DNA of 64,000 nt, from positions 4,234 through 68,233 of the IMG/VR virus record IMGVR_UViG_3300032235_000715. One strand, given 5' to 3'. The notes under the pieces are model-generated. The model had not been told where the DNA came from. It saw only the letters and a program-made list of their open reading frames with translations, and did not search any database. The stretch's first letter is position 1; each line of letters begins with the position of its first letter. A program made the translations under genes and the position numbers. Positions 41,510 to 50,976 of this stretch are shown here, in pieces. Origin of the DNA: a virus.

Positions 41510-42061
41510 ATGGTCGCCGGACAACCTGAAAATAGAAATTTTTTATCCCCAACAGGATTCAAATTTACCTTAAAAAGAACACCTAAGGTTGCATTTTTTT
41601 GCAACTCAGCAAATATTCCAGATTTAAATCTTGGTGTTGCAATCCAACCATCATATCTTAAAGATATTGATACTCCTGGAGATAAAATTGTTTTTGGTGA
41701 TTTAAACTTAAGATTTCTTGTAGATGAGAATCTTGAGAATTATATGGAAATTCAAAACTGGATAAGAGGTTTGGGATATCCAGAAAGTCTAGAGCAAATT
41801 TATGATTTTCAGCAAACGGGATATATTACGCCAAAAATAGAAGCACAAAAGCAATTGGGTTTATACTCCGACGGAACTCTTCAGGTTTTAACAAGCTCAT
41901 CAATACCAAACTTCCAAATCGTTTTTAAAGATTTATTTCCATATTCTTTAGGAACTTTAGATTTTGATGCAACACAGACGGACATACAATACTTTACAGC
42001 AGACGTAAGTTTCAAGTATACTATTTACAATATAGTAGATCTTGGCGGCAATCCTTTATGA
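41510..42061 (+). CDS. gp3: Tail tube terminator / tail completion protein gp3
   Basis: NRNFLSPTGFKF, FLVDENLENYMEIQNW, FKDLFPYSL. Confidence 0.88.
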   Translation: MVAGQPENRNFLSPTGFKFTLKRTPKVAFFCNSANIPDLNLGVAIQPSYLKDIDTPGDKIVFGDLNLRFLVDENLENYMEIQNWIRGLGYPESLEQIYDFQQTGYITPKIEAQKQLGLYSDGTLQVLTSSSIPNFQIVFKDLFPYSLGTLDFDATQTDIQYFTADVSFKYTIYNIVDLGGNPL

Positions 42062-42495
42062 GTTTAGACCTTGATATGATTCAAAAGATGTGGGAGCAAG
42101 ATTCTAAAATTGATATGGATAATCTTCACACAGAATCAACAAATATTCCAACTCTTCATGCAAAATATTTTGAATTATATAATACTATTTTTCTACTAAG
42201 AAAAAAAGCAGAGCAACAAAAAAGGAATATCAGACATGAAAGATATGAATATTATTCTGGCAAATCAGACCCAGAGGTATATGTAGAAAATCCATTTCCA
42301 AAAAAGATTCGCGATAAAGATACGATGCAAAAGTATCTTGATGCAGACGAAAAACTTTCAACAGTTTGCTTGAAGATTGATTATTACGACACAATGCTTA
42401 CTTATATTGAAAGTATTTTGAAGATGATTCAGAACAGAACGTTTCAGATCAAAAATGCTATTGAGTTTATGAGATTTAACGCTGGATTGGGGTAA
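42058..42495 (+). CDS. uvsY: Recombination mediator UvsY
   Basis: IPTLHAKY, YYSGK, RTFQIKNAIEF; directly upstream of uvsW. Confidence 0.9.
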   Translation: MSLDLDMIQKMWEQDSKIDMDNLHTESTNIPTLHAKYFELYNTIFLLRKKAEQQKRNIRHERYEYYSGKSDPEVYVENPFPKKIRDKDTMQKYLDADEKLSTVCLKIDYYDTMLTYIESILKMIQNRTFQIKNAIEFMRFNAGLG

Positions 42496-42522
42496 ATAAA
42501 TACTCATAGCAATCATAATGTT

Positions 42523-43986
42523 ATGAGTGACGTAATCATTGAAAAGAAGAATGAGATTTACATTAAACTACATTGCGAATCTCATATTTTATACGAACTT
42601 CAACCATATTTTACATTTGAAGTCGAATCTGCAAAATTTATGTCCCAGTATAGGAGCAGACACTGGGACGGCAAGATTCGTTTGTTAAGTACTCATACTG
42701 GAGAAATCTATGCTGGTTTGTTGGATAAAATTATCGACAAACTGAAACTGCATAACTACACGTATGAATTTAAAGAAAACAAATTTTATGGATTGCCTTT
42801 TGAAATAAATGAAGGCATTTCATATGAAGGCGTTAAAGATTATATGAAATCTATTTGTACTCATTCTCCACGAGAGTATCAAGTGGAGGGAGTATACGAT
42901 GCTCTAAGACATAATAGAAAATTATTGATATCACCCACAGCCTCAGGTAAATCCTTAATGATTTACTCCCTTGTAAGGTATTACGTAGATAAAGGACAAA
43001 AAATTCTTTTAGTTGTTCCAACGACATCTCTTGTAGAGCAGATGTACAAGGATTTTGAAGATTATGGTTGGGATGCTGAGTCATATTGCCACAAGATTTA
43101 TTCGGGTAGGGAAAAAACAAACGAACATTCTGTAACTATTACTACCTGGCAATCTATCTATAAACTTGAACGTTCGTTCTTTGAAGACTATAGAGTAGTT
43201 ATAGGAGATGAGGCTCATCTTTTTAAAAGCAAATCTCTTATTGAGATTATGTCAAAACTTCATCATGCAAAATATCGTTTTGGATTCACAGGTACTCTTG
43301 ATGGAACTCAAACTCACAAATGGGTTCTTGAAGGACTCTTTGGACCATCATATAAGGTAACAAGAACTTATGAGTTGATGCAACAAGGTCACATTTCCCA
43401 ATTAGATATTCGTTGTCTTGTTCTCAAACACTCGCCACAAAAGTTTGAAACATATGAGGATGAAATTCAATATCTAATTTCACACGATCAAAGAAATAAA
43501 TTTATAACTAATCTTTCTTTGGATTTAAAAGGAAATACTCTTGTTTTGTTTTCTCGCGTAGAAGCACACGGAGCAATCTTATATGAAAAGATAAATAATA
43601 TCAAGCGAGGTGATCGTAAAGTATTTTTTATTCATGGTGGAGTTGATACTGAAGAAAGAGAATTAGTTAGAGAAATTACGGAAAGGGAAAACAACGCAAT
43701 TATTGTTGCTTCCTATGGAACTTTTTCTACTGGTATCAATATTAAAAATCTCCATAATGTTATCTTCGCATCTCCAAGCAAATCACGTATTAGAAATCTA
43801 CAGTCAATTGGACGAGTCCTTAGAAAGGGAAAAAATAAAGTAAAAGCAGTGCTTTACGATATTTCTGATGATTGTACTCACAACTCAAGAAAAAATTATA
43901 CTTTAAACCATTTAATAGAAAGAATCAAGATCTATAATGAAGAAAATTTTAACTATGAAATAATCACGGTACAACTAAAAAAATGA
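42523..43986 (+). CDS. uvsW: SF2 RNA-DNA/DNA helicase UvsW
   Basis: WDGKIRL, SPTASGKS, GDEAH, GFTGTL, QSIGRVLR. Confidence 0.96.
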   Translation: MSDVIIEKKNEIYIKLHCESHILYELQPYFTFEVESAKFMSQYRSRHWDGKIRLLSTHTGEIYAGLLDKIIDKLKLHNYTYEFKENKFYGLPFEINEGISYEGVKDYMKSICTHSPREYQVEGVYDALRHNRKLLISPTASGKSLMIYSLVRYYVDKGQKILLVVPTTSLVEQMYKDFEDYGWDAESYCHKIYSGREKTNEHSVTITTWQSIYKLERSFFEDYRVVIGDEAHLFKSKSLIEIMSKLHHAKYRFGFTGTLDGTQTHKWVLEGLFGPSYKVTRTYELMQQGHISQLDIRCLVLKHSPQKFETYEDEIQYLISHDQRNKFITNLSLDLKGNTLVLFSRVEAHGAILYEKINNIKRGDRKVFFIHGGVDTEERELVREITERENNAIIVASYGTFSTGINIKNLHNVIFASPSKSRIRNLQSIGRVLRKGKNKVKAVLYDISDDCTHNSRKNYTLNHLIERIKIYNEENFNYEIITVQLKK

Positions 43987-44375
43987 TTGAGGAAGATTTT
44001 TACTGCACTCTCAAATTAAAAACAGGCGAAGAAGTCTTTGCTAAGGTAGCTGCATCTGAAGAGGAAGACAGGACGATATTAATAGTATCGAATCCAATTA
44101 TCGTAAATGAGATAAAAGGTAGAAGTGGTGTAGTTGGTTATAAAATAGAACCTTGGCTAAAAACAACCACAGAGGACATGTTTATTATAAACTTAGAAGA
44201 CGTTCTTACCCTATCTGAGTCTTCAGACATTGAAATGATTATGATGTATCAGACTTATATACGTCAATCTACGAAGGATGGAACAAATCAATCAAAGATT
44301 AATCGTAGAATGGGATATATTGCCAATGTCAATGATGCCAAAGAGATCTTAGAGAAGATCTTTAAGAGTAGCTAA
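43983..44375 (+). CDS. Conserved hypothetical protein (possibly Sm-like fold)
   Basis: KLKTGEEVFAKV...EPWL...RRMGYIANVNDAKEILEKIF; lies between uvsW and gp55. Confidence 0.75.
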   Translation: MIEEDFYCTLKLKTGEEVFAKVAASEEEDRTILIVSNPIIVNEIKGRSGVVGYKIEPWLKTTTEDMFIINLEDVLTLSESSDIEMIMMYQTYIRQSTKDGTNQSKINRRMGYIANVNDAKEILEKIFKSS

Positions 44376-44402
44376 GCCTTGACCTTCAAACCCAACAAAG
44401 GT

Positions 44403-44431
44403 ATTCTATCGAAGTTTAGATACCTTGTCAA
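44403..44431 (-). promoter_or_regulatory. Divergent (antisense) sigma70-type promoter
   Basis: Minus strand reads TTGACA-17 nt-TAGAAT and overlaps the plus-strand -35 element. Confidence 0.55.
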
Positions 44432-44453
44432 GTATTTGCATAAGTGCTATAAT
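44425..44453 (+). promoter_or_regulatory. Sigma70-type promoter for the gp55-gp47-gp46 operon
   Basis: TTGTCA-17 nt-TATAAT with a TG extended -10. Confidence 0.75.
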
Positions 44454-44477
44454 TCATACATATTATGAGTTAACTTA

Positions 44478-44975
44478 ATGATAACCACAGCAGTTATGAC
44501 CAAGAGAAAAAGGTCAGAGCATTACGTCAATAATAAAGAGTTTCTTGCTGCACTGATTAAATACCGTGAAGATAAAGAGATTGCGGTATTGCAGAACAAA
44601 CCAAAACCTCCCATCCCACGCTATATTGGAGAGTGTTTTCTGAAGATTGCTAATCACTTATCGTTTAAACCAAACTTCGTAAACTACATGTTTAAGGAAG
44701 ATATGATTTCTGATGGTATTGAAAACTGTGTTCAGTATATTCATAACTTCAATCCTGAGAAGTCACAAAACCCTTTTGCATACTTCACTCAAATCATTCA
44801 TTACGCTTTCCTCCGCAGAATCCAAAGAGAGAAGCGTCAATTGGAAATCAAAAACAAAATCCTTGAGCGTTCTGGGTACTCTGAAGTGTTTGCAGATGAT
44901 AATTCAGTTGACGGTGGCAATTATTCCGATTATAATTCTATTAAGGACGGAGTTCACAGCAAACTGCGATATTGA
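44478..44975 (+). CDS. gp55: Late-transcription sigma factor gp55
   Basis: HYVNNKEFL, PNFVNYMFKEDMISDGIENC, NPFAYFTQIIHYAFLRRI. Confidence 0.97.
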   Translation: MITTAVMTKRKRSEHYVNNKEFLAALIKYREDKEIAVLQNKPKPPIPRYIGECFLKIANHLSFKPNFVNYMFKEDMISDGIENCVQYIHNFNPEKSQNPFAYFTQIIHYAFLRRIQREKRQLEIKNKILERSGYSEVFADDNSVDGGNYSDYNSIKDGVHSKLRY

Positions 44976-46016
44976 ATGAAAGTAGCAATTATTACAGACC
45001 AGCACTTTGGAGCAAGAAAGAATTCTAAACTCTTTCACGATTATTTCCTAAAGTTCTATAACGACGTATTTTTCCCAACGCTCGAAGAGTATGGGATTAC
45101 TACTGTTGTGGATATGGGAGATACTTTTGATAGTCGTAAAGGAATTGATTTCTCTGCTCTATCGTGGGCTAAAAGTAATTATTATGACCGTCTCCAAGAA
45201 ATGGGTGTAAATGTTCATACAATTGTAGGAAATCATACTGCATATTATAAGAATACTAATAATGTAAACGCAGTAGATCTTCTTCTGCGTGAATATAATA
45301 ACGTAACAGTTTATTCTGAACCAACTGAAGTGATGTTGGGTCAACTACCTATACTTTTTATTCCGTGGATCAATCAAGAAAATGAAGAAAAAACTCTTAA
45401 ACTTATTGAAAAGACAACTTGCTCGTGCGCGATGGGGCATCTTGAACTCCAAGGATTTAGAGTTAATAAACAAATCGTCATGGAGCATGGTTTGGAGGGC
45501 AAACTATTTGGTAAGTTCACCAAAGTCTACTCGGGACACTATCACACTAGATCGAATGATGGAACAGTTTTCTATCTAGGAAATCCATATGAGATTTATT
45601 GGACTGATGTAGGTGATACTCGTGGTTTCTCGATTTTTGACACTGAAACAATAACTCATGAGTATGTAAATAACCCTTACAAAATGTTCTATAATATTTA
45701 CTATGAAGATACCAATCATCAAACTTTTGATGCTCGCGAGTATGAGAATAAAATTGTAAAAATTGTTGTTCGAAAGAAAACCGATACCAAAAAGTTTGAA
45801 AAGTTTGTTGACAAACTCTATGCTTCAAATATTGCAGAACTCAAGATTATTGAAAACTTTGATATTCAGGAACCTCAAAACTTTGAAGCATTTGAAAGTG
45901 AGGATACTATTTCTATCTTGAATAGATATATTGAGGAGGCAGAAATTAATCTTGATAAATCTATTATTCAAAAGATGATGCAAGAAATATATCAAGAAGC
46001 TTGCGAACTAGTTTAA
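44976..46016 (+). CDS. gp47: Recombination endonuclease subunit gp47 (Mre11/SbcD-like)
   Basis: ITDQHFG, MGDTFD, VGNH, SGHYH metallophosphoesterase motifs. Confidence 0.96.
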   Translation: MKVAIITDQHFGARKNSKLFHDYFLKFYNDVFFPTLEEYGITTVVDMGDTFDSRKGIDFSALSWAKSNYYDRLQEMGVNVHTIVGNHTAYYKNTNNVNAVDLLLREYNNVTVYSEPTEVMLGQLPILFIPWINQENEEKTLKLIEKTTCSCAMGHLELQGFRVNKQIVMEHGLEGKLFGKFTKVYSGHYHTRSNDGTVFYLGNPYEIYWTDVGDTRGFSIFDTETITHEYVNNPYKMFYNIYYEDTNHQTFDAREYENKIVKIVVRKKTDTKKFEKFVDKLYASNIAELKIIENFDIQEPQNFEAFESEDTISILNRYIEEAEINLDKSIIQKMMQEIYQEACELV

Positions 46017-46289
46017 ATGTTTATTCTAACAATCAATGGTAGAGAAACTGAAGGTGCTTATTCTGTAGTTGATGATGAAGGCGAACATATTCTATATCTC
46101 TTTCAAGAAGAAGATGATGCGACTCGATATGCTATGATGTTAGAAGAAGATGGATATCCAGAAATGCATGTAATTGAAATTGAAGATGAAGTAATGATAA
46201 AAACCTGCGACTTGCATGGTTATCAATATACAATTATTACACCTGATGATATTGTAATTCCACCAGATACTGATTATGATTTTATTTAA
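46017..46289 (+). CDS. DUF3110-like small acidic protein
   Basis: LYLFQEEDDATRYAMML resembles the cyanobacterial DUF3110 motif (recalled, not searched). Confidence 0.6.
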   Translation: MFILTINGRETEGAYSVVDDEGEHILYLFQEEDDATRYAMMLEEDGYPEMHVIEIEDEVMIKTCDLHGYQYTIITPDDIVIPPDTDYDFI

Positions 46290-47988
46290 AAAAATAAGAT
46301 TTAAAAACTTTCTTTCTACTGGAAATCAATATACAGAAATTGATTTTACTAAAAGTAGTACCAATTTGATTGTTGGCAATAACGGCGCTGGGAAAAGCAC
46401 TCTTTTAGATGCTTTATGCTTTTCTTTGTATGGACGTGGGTTTAGGAAGATTAATAAACCACAACTTATCAATTCGGTAAATGAGAAGGATTGTAGGGTT
46501 GAGGTTGAATTTTCTATTGGAAATATTGAATGGAAAATTGCAAGAGGAATTAAACCGTCTATATTTGAAGTTTATAGAAATGGTTCTGTACTAGATCAAT
46601 CTGCTGCTGCATTGGATCAGCAAAAATGGATAGAGCAGAATGTGATTAAAATGAATTATAAAAGTTTTACTCAAATCGTAATTTTAGGTTCAAGTACTTT
46701 TGTTCCTTTTATGCAACTTTCTACTACTCATCGTAGAGAAGTGATTGAAGATTTGCTTGATATTAAAATTTTTTCTTCGATGAATATGGTAATCAAGGAG
46801 AAGATTCGTCAGTCAAAAGAAGAAATTAAAGTTCTTGGCCTAAAGAAAGAATCCCTTCTTGATAAAGTTAAGATGCAGCAGAGTTTTATTGAAGAACTTG
46901 AAAATAGGGGGAAGAAAGATATTGATAATAATAATCGTAAAATTTCCGATTTGGATAAAGAAATCGAACATCATTTAAACGAAAATACTTGTCTAGAGGA
47001 ACCTCTTAGGGAATATATTAAAGAACAGGATAATCTAATAGGATATGCAGATAAACTTCGTAAGTTGGGAAACTTGAAAGGTAAGATCTCGCAAAAAGTA
47101 TCTACCATTACTAAAGAACACAAATTTTTTACAGAGAATACTGTTTGCCCTACTTGTACACAGTCAATTGAAGAGACCTTTAGAATAAATAGAATTACTG
47201 ACGCTCAAAATAAAGCAAAGGAGTTGCAATCTGGTTATAAAGAACTAGAGGAGGCAATTAAAGAGGAAGAGGAGCGAGAGCGTCAATTCAACGCTCTATC
47301 GAAGGAGATTTCAAAACTAACGAATGGCATTTCTCAAAACAATATTAAGATTAACGGATTACAAAAGCAAATCCGAAATCTTGAACATGAAATTCAAGTT
47401 CTTACCGAGAACCTTGCAAACAGAAATACTGAACATGGAAAGTTAGAATCCTTCAAAGACAATCTAAAAACTACATACGACGACCTCGCTTCTAAAAAAG
47501 ACACAATCAACTATTACGATTTTTCATATAGTTTGCTTAAAGACGGTGGAGTAAAATCCAAAATCATTAAGAAGTATCTACCGCTGATAAATCAGCAAGT
47601 TAACCGTTATCTTCAGATGATGGATTTCTATATTAACTTCACTCTTGATGAGGAGTTTAACGAAACCGTCCAGTCGCCAATTCACGAAGATTTTTCTTAT
47701 GCTTCTTTTAGTGAAGGAGAAAAAATGAGAATTGACCTCGCACTACTCTTTACTTGGAGAGAAGTTGCAAGAATGAAAAACTCAGTCAACACCAACCTTC
47801 TTATTATGGATGAAGTGTTTGATAGTTCTCTTGATGGATTTGGAACTGAAGAATTTTTGAAAATCATTCGTTATGTTATTAAAGATGCAAATATTTTTGT
47901 CATTTCTCACAAGACGGGACTAGAAGATAGATTCGAGAGTGTTATTAAATTTGAAAAAGTAAAAGGATTTAGTAGGATCGTTGTATGA
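46276..47988 (+). CDS. gp46: Recombination ATPase subunit gp46 (Rad50/SbcC-like)
   Basis: GNNGAGKST, zinc hook CPTC, signature FSEGEKMRIDL, LLIMDEVFD, ISHK. Confidence 0.97.
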   Translation: MILFKKIRFKNFLSTGNQYTEIDFTKSSTNLIVGNNGAGKSTLLDALCFSLYGRGFRKINKPQLINSVNEKDCRVEVEFSIGNIEWKIARGIKPSIFEVYRNGSVLDQSAAALDQQKWIEQNVIKMNYKSFTQIVILGSSTFVPFMQLSTTHRREVIEDLLDIKIFSSMNMVIKEKIRQSKEEIKVLGLKKESLLDKVKMQQSFIEELENRGKKDIDNNNRKISDLDKEIEHHLNENTCLEEPLREYIKEQDNLIGYADKLRKLGNLKGKISQKVSTITKEHKFFTENTVCPTCTQSIEETFRINRITDAQNKAKELQSGYKELEEAIKEEEERERQFNALSKEISKLTNGISQNNIKINGLQKQIRNLEHEIQVLTENLANRNTEHGKLESFKDNLKTTYDDLASKKDTINYYDFSYSLLKDGGVKSKIIKKYLPLINQQVNRYLQMMDFYINFTLDEEFNETVQSPIHEDFSYASFSEGEKMRIDLALLFTWREVARMKNSVNTNLLIMDEVFDSSLDGFGTEEFLKIIRYVIKDANIFVISHKTGLEDRFESVIKFEKVKGFSRIVV

Positions 47989-48773
47989 TTGGAATCGTTG
48001 GAAATGGTTTTGTTGGCAATGCAGTGTATCAAAATCTAAGGGATAAAGTTTCCTGTAAAGTCTTTGATGTAGATAAAAATAAATCTCTTAATACTTTAGA
48101 AGAAGTATTGCGACAAAAATTTATTTTTGTTTGCTTACCTACTCCTATGAGGTCAACTGGAGAGTGTGACACTTTCATTCTAGAAAAGTTTTTTTCAAAT
48201 CTCCCTTCCTTCATTGAAGGGACATTTGTTATTAAATCTACAGTTCCTATCGGCACAACAAAGAAGTTTGCACAAAAATATAATGTTATTCATAATCCAG
48301 AATTTCTTACTGCGCGAAATGCCGTAGAGGATTTTAGAAATTCTGAAAGAAATGTGGTTGGCGGAAATCGAAATCTATGTAATCAATTCGTCGAATTCTT
48401 TAGTGAAATTTTTCCAACGATTCCGAGTGTAATCACTACTTCTGACGAAAGTGAGGCAATAAAGTATTTTGCAAATAGTTTTCTTGCCTGCAAAGTTGCA
48501 TACTTCAATAAAATGTATGACCTTTGCCAATCAGTTGGAATGAATTATGAAACTGTCTGTTCAGGTGTAACCTCAGACAGTAGAATTGGAACATCACATA
48601 CTCAAGTTCCTGGTATTGATAATGATCGTGGTTTTGGTGGAACTTGTTTCCCCAAAGATTTAAATTCTCTTATAAATCAGATGGAGGCGCACGGTATCGA
48701 CGCTGGTATGCTAAAATCTGTATGGTCTTACAATCAGCAAATTCGCACGGTCATCGATTGGTCCGTAACCTAA
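47985..48773 (+). CDS. UDP-glucose/GDP-mannose dehydrogenase family protein (short form)
   Basis: GIVGNGFVG Rossmann motif, FVCLPTP, IKSTVPIGTT, NPEFL, catalytic GFGGTCFPKD. Confidence 0.88.
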   Translation: MIGIVGNGFVGNAVYQNLRDKVSCKVFDVDKNKSLNTLEEVLRQKFIFVCLPTPMRSTGECDTFILEKFFSNLPSFIEGTFVIKSTVPIGTTKKFAQKYNVIHNPEFLTARNAVEDFRNSERNVVGGNRNLCNQFVEFFSEIFPTIPSVITTSDESEAIKYFANSFLACKVAYFNKMYDLCQSVGMNYETVCSGVTSDSRIGTSHTQVPGIDNDRGFGGTCFPKDLNSLINQMEAHGIDAGMLKSVWSYNQQIRTVIDWSVT

Positions 48774-48774
48774 A

Positions 48775-48921
48775 ATGAACACTCCAAATTGGCAGCATCA
48801 TTCTAAGAAACAGCAAAAACGAAAATTAAAACCGCAAGCACTTCGACAAGCAAAAGCGCGAAGGCAAGCATTCAAGAAGCGTCTTAATTCTATAGACGCT
48901 TCTTTTTTTATAAATAACTAA
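48775..48921 (+). CDS. Small basic protein (48 aa); not in the ORF track
   Basis: Hand-translated MNTPNWQHHSKKQQKRKLKPQALRQAKARRQAFKKRLNSIDASFFINN; starts 1 nt after the upstream stop codon. Confidence 0.65.
   Translation: MNTPNWQHHSKKQQKRKLKPQALRQAKARRQAFKKRLNSIDASFFINN
48874..48909 (+). terminator. Intrinsic terminator lying inside the 48775 ORF
   Basis: AAGAAGCGTCT-9 nt loop-AGACGCTTCTT perfect 11-bp stem plus T-tract. Confidence 0.85.
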
Positions 48922-48938
48922 AAAAGTATTTGTAACAA

Positions 48939-50228
48939 ATGGAACCAAAAGAATTAGTTGGACTTTATGAAGCCTATCAACAGATTTATGAACCTCAAGA
49001 ACTGACCGAGGAAGTAGAAATTGCTACTGAATATTTCTATGAAATGGGTTTAAATGAGAATGGAATTGATATTCTTATTGAAGAACTTGGAGAAGAAGAA
49101 TTTGTTAATTGGGTATATGATATTTCTGAAGAATATACTCTGAGTGAGGCGAGAGCAGGTGGAGTAAGAGTAGAACCAGTAACAAAAACTGGCAAGTCAA
49201 TTGGATCTCTGAAAGGTGGTGCTAGAACTTCTGCTATTAGATCTAGACAAAAAGAAAAGGCAGCAAGAAAGGAAGCAGAAACATCTGCATCAGCAGCAAA
49301 ACCATCGGGAATGACTGCTGCTCTTAGAAGTCAAGCAGCATATTCTGCTACTCAAAAACAAACACCTACTAAGAAACAAACATCATCTCCGCAGCAAACT
49401 AAAAAAGGCATTGGTGGATTGATTGGATCTATTGTACAAAGAGCAAAACAAGATACTGAACTTCTTGGTAAATCAATTCAGACTGCAAGAGATGTTGCAT
49501 CACGTAGAGGTGCTGAAGTTGCGGCGGGTTATGGTGCATTAAGAGCAAAAGGCAGAGAAGCAGAAAAATCTGCAGCAGCAACCAGAGCAAGAAGAGTTGC
49601 AACTGTTGCAACTGGTAGAGCAGCACAGGCAGCTGGAAGAACTGCTATTAAGGCAGCGGGCGCTGCAGGTGCTGCTGCAGGAGCTGGAGTTACTGCCAGA
49701 AGAGGGGGAGCAACGCCAGCACAAACTGCTGGTAGAGTTGCGGGAACTTTTGTTCGCAAAATGACTAGAGAAGAATATAATTATATTCTTGAGCATCTTC
49801 TTGATGAGGGGTATGCAAATAGCATTGAAAATGCCGAAAAGATTGTAATGAACATGAGTGAGCAGTGGTTAGAAAGTATTGTTGGGGAACTTCTAGATGA
49901 GGCAGATATTATGTCTGTTCACAGAAAACCAAGTAAAACTGATAAAGGTGGTATGGTTTATATGAAAAATCCTAATATAATAAGATTGCAAAATGCTGCT
50001 GGCAGAGAAAGACAAGGAAGACAAGAAAGAGAAAAAGAATCAAAAAATAGAGAAAATGCTGCACGATATGACCAAGCACTAAGGAAAGGAATTAATAGAG
50101 CAACTAATAGAAGTGAACCTCAAGATCAGTATGCTGGTTATGGTGAGATAGAAGCACTTTCTCCTCGTGCTGATGGTGGAGCACATTCTGGTAGAAAACG
50201 TCTTGCAAGAAGAGCATCTGGTAGATAA
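48939..50228 (+). CDS. Hypothetical protein, probable packaged internal head protein with alternating acidic and basic Ala/Arg-rich blocks
   Basis: Late promoter TATAAATA at 48909-48916; L-x-E sites (LTE, LSE, LDE) flank the basic segments. Confidence 0.65.
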   Translation: MEPKELVGLYEAYQQIYEPQELTEEVEIATEYFYEMGLNENGIDILIEELGEEEFVNWVYDISEEYTLSEARAGGVRVEPVTKTGKSIGSLKGGARTSAIRSRQKEKAARKEAETSASAAKPSGMTAALRSQAAYSATQKQTPTKKQTSSPQQTKKGIGGLIGSIVQRAKQDTELLGKSIQTARDVASRRGAEVAAGYGALRAKGREAEKSAAATRARRVATVATGRAAQAAGRTAIKAAGAAGAAAGAGVTARRGGATPAQTAGRVAGTFVRKMTREEYNYILEHLLDEGYANSIENAEKIVMNMSEQWLESIVGELLDEADIMSVHRKPSKTDKGGMVYMKNPNIIRLQNAAGRERQGRQEREKESKNRENAARYDQALRKGINRATNRSEPQDQYAGYGEIEALSPRADGGAHSGRKRLARRASGR

Positions 50229-50248
50229 TTTTGTAATAAAACTTACTC

Positions 50249-50284
50249 AACCACTCATTTACCAGTGAGTGGTTTTTATAAATA
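50249..50284 (+). terminator. Terminator hairpin fused to a late promoter
   Basis: AACCACTCA-8 nt-TGAGTGGTT plus TTT, running into TATAAATA at 50277-50284. Confidence 0.7.
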
Positions 50285-50298
50285 ATAGTGTATAGTGC

Positions 50299-50976
50299 AT
50301 GACCAAAATGAATAATCAATATTATACTTATGCTTGGTTGAGAGAAGATATGACTCCTTATTACATTGGAAAAGGTATTCGTGATAGAGCATATCGTCCT
50401 CATAGGAGAGGTAATACTTATATGTCTGCTCCACCGAAAGAAAGAGTTTTATTTCTAAAGAAAAATTTAACAGAATTTGATGCTTATAAACACGAAAACT
50501 ATATTATTAGTATTTTAGGATTAAAAAGTGAAGGTGGTATATTAATTAATATGTCCTATGGTGGTGAAGGAAGTTCTGGAAGAAAACCAAGTCAATATTG
50601 CATCCAAAGAACAAAAGAAACTAATATTGGAAAAATTCTTAATGAGGAACATAAAAAATCAATTTCTAAACAAGTATCTCAGAGAAGATGGTGGAATAAT
50701 GGAGAAGTGGATAAACATACTATTGAATGTCCTGGCGAAGGATGGGTTCTTGGTAGATTGTATAATGTAAAAAGTGAAAAATATAAAACAAAAGAATTTT
50801 CTGAAAAATCTAGAAAAAATAATCTTGGTAAAAATGTTAGCGACGAAACAAGAAAGAAACAAAGTAAAGTGAGAAAAGGAAGAAGATGGTGGAATAATGG
50901 AGAAAAAACTAAGTTGTCTTATGAATGTCCTGGAGATGGTTGGGTACTGGGAAGACCTGGACACTTGATAAACTGA
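50299..50976 (+). mobile_element. Free-standing GIY-YIG-family homing endonuclease with tandem C-terminal DNA-binding repeats
   Basis: YYTYAWLRED..PYYIGKG..R, E..I and LINMSYGGEG catalytic-domain motifs; duplicated RRWWNNGE...ECPGxGWVLGR units. Confidence 0.8.
50683..50904 (+). repeat. Internal 198-bp-period direct repeat in the endonuclease gene
   Basis: AGAAGATGGTGGAATAATGGAGAA is identical at 50683-50706 and 50881-50904. Confidence 0.85.
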
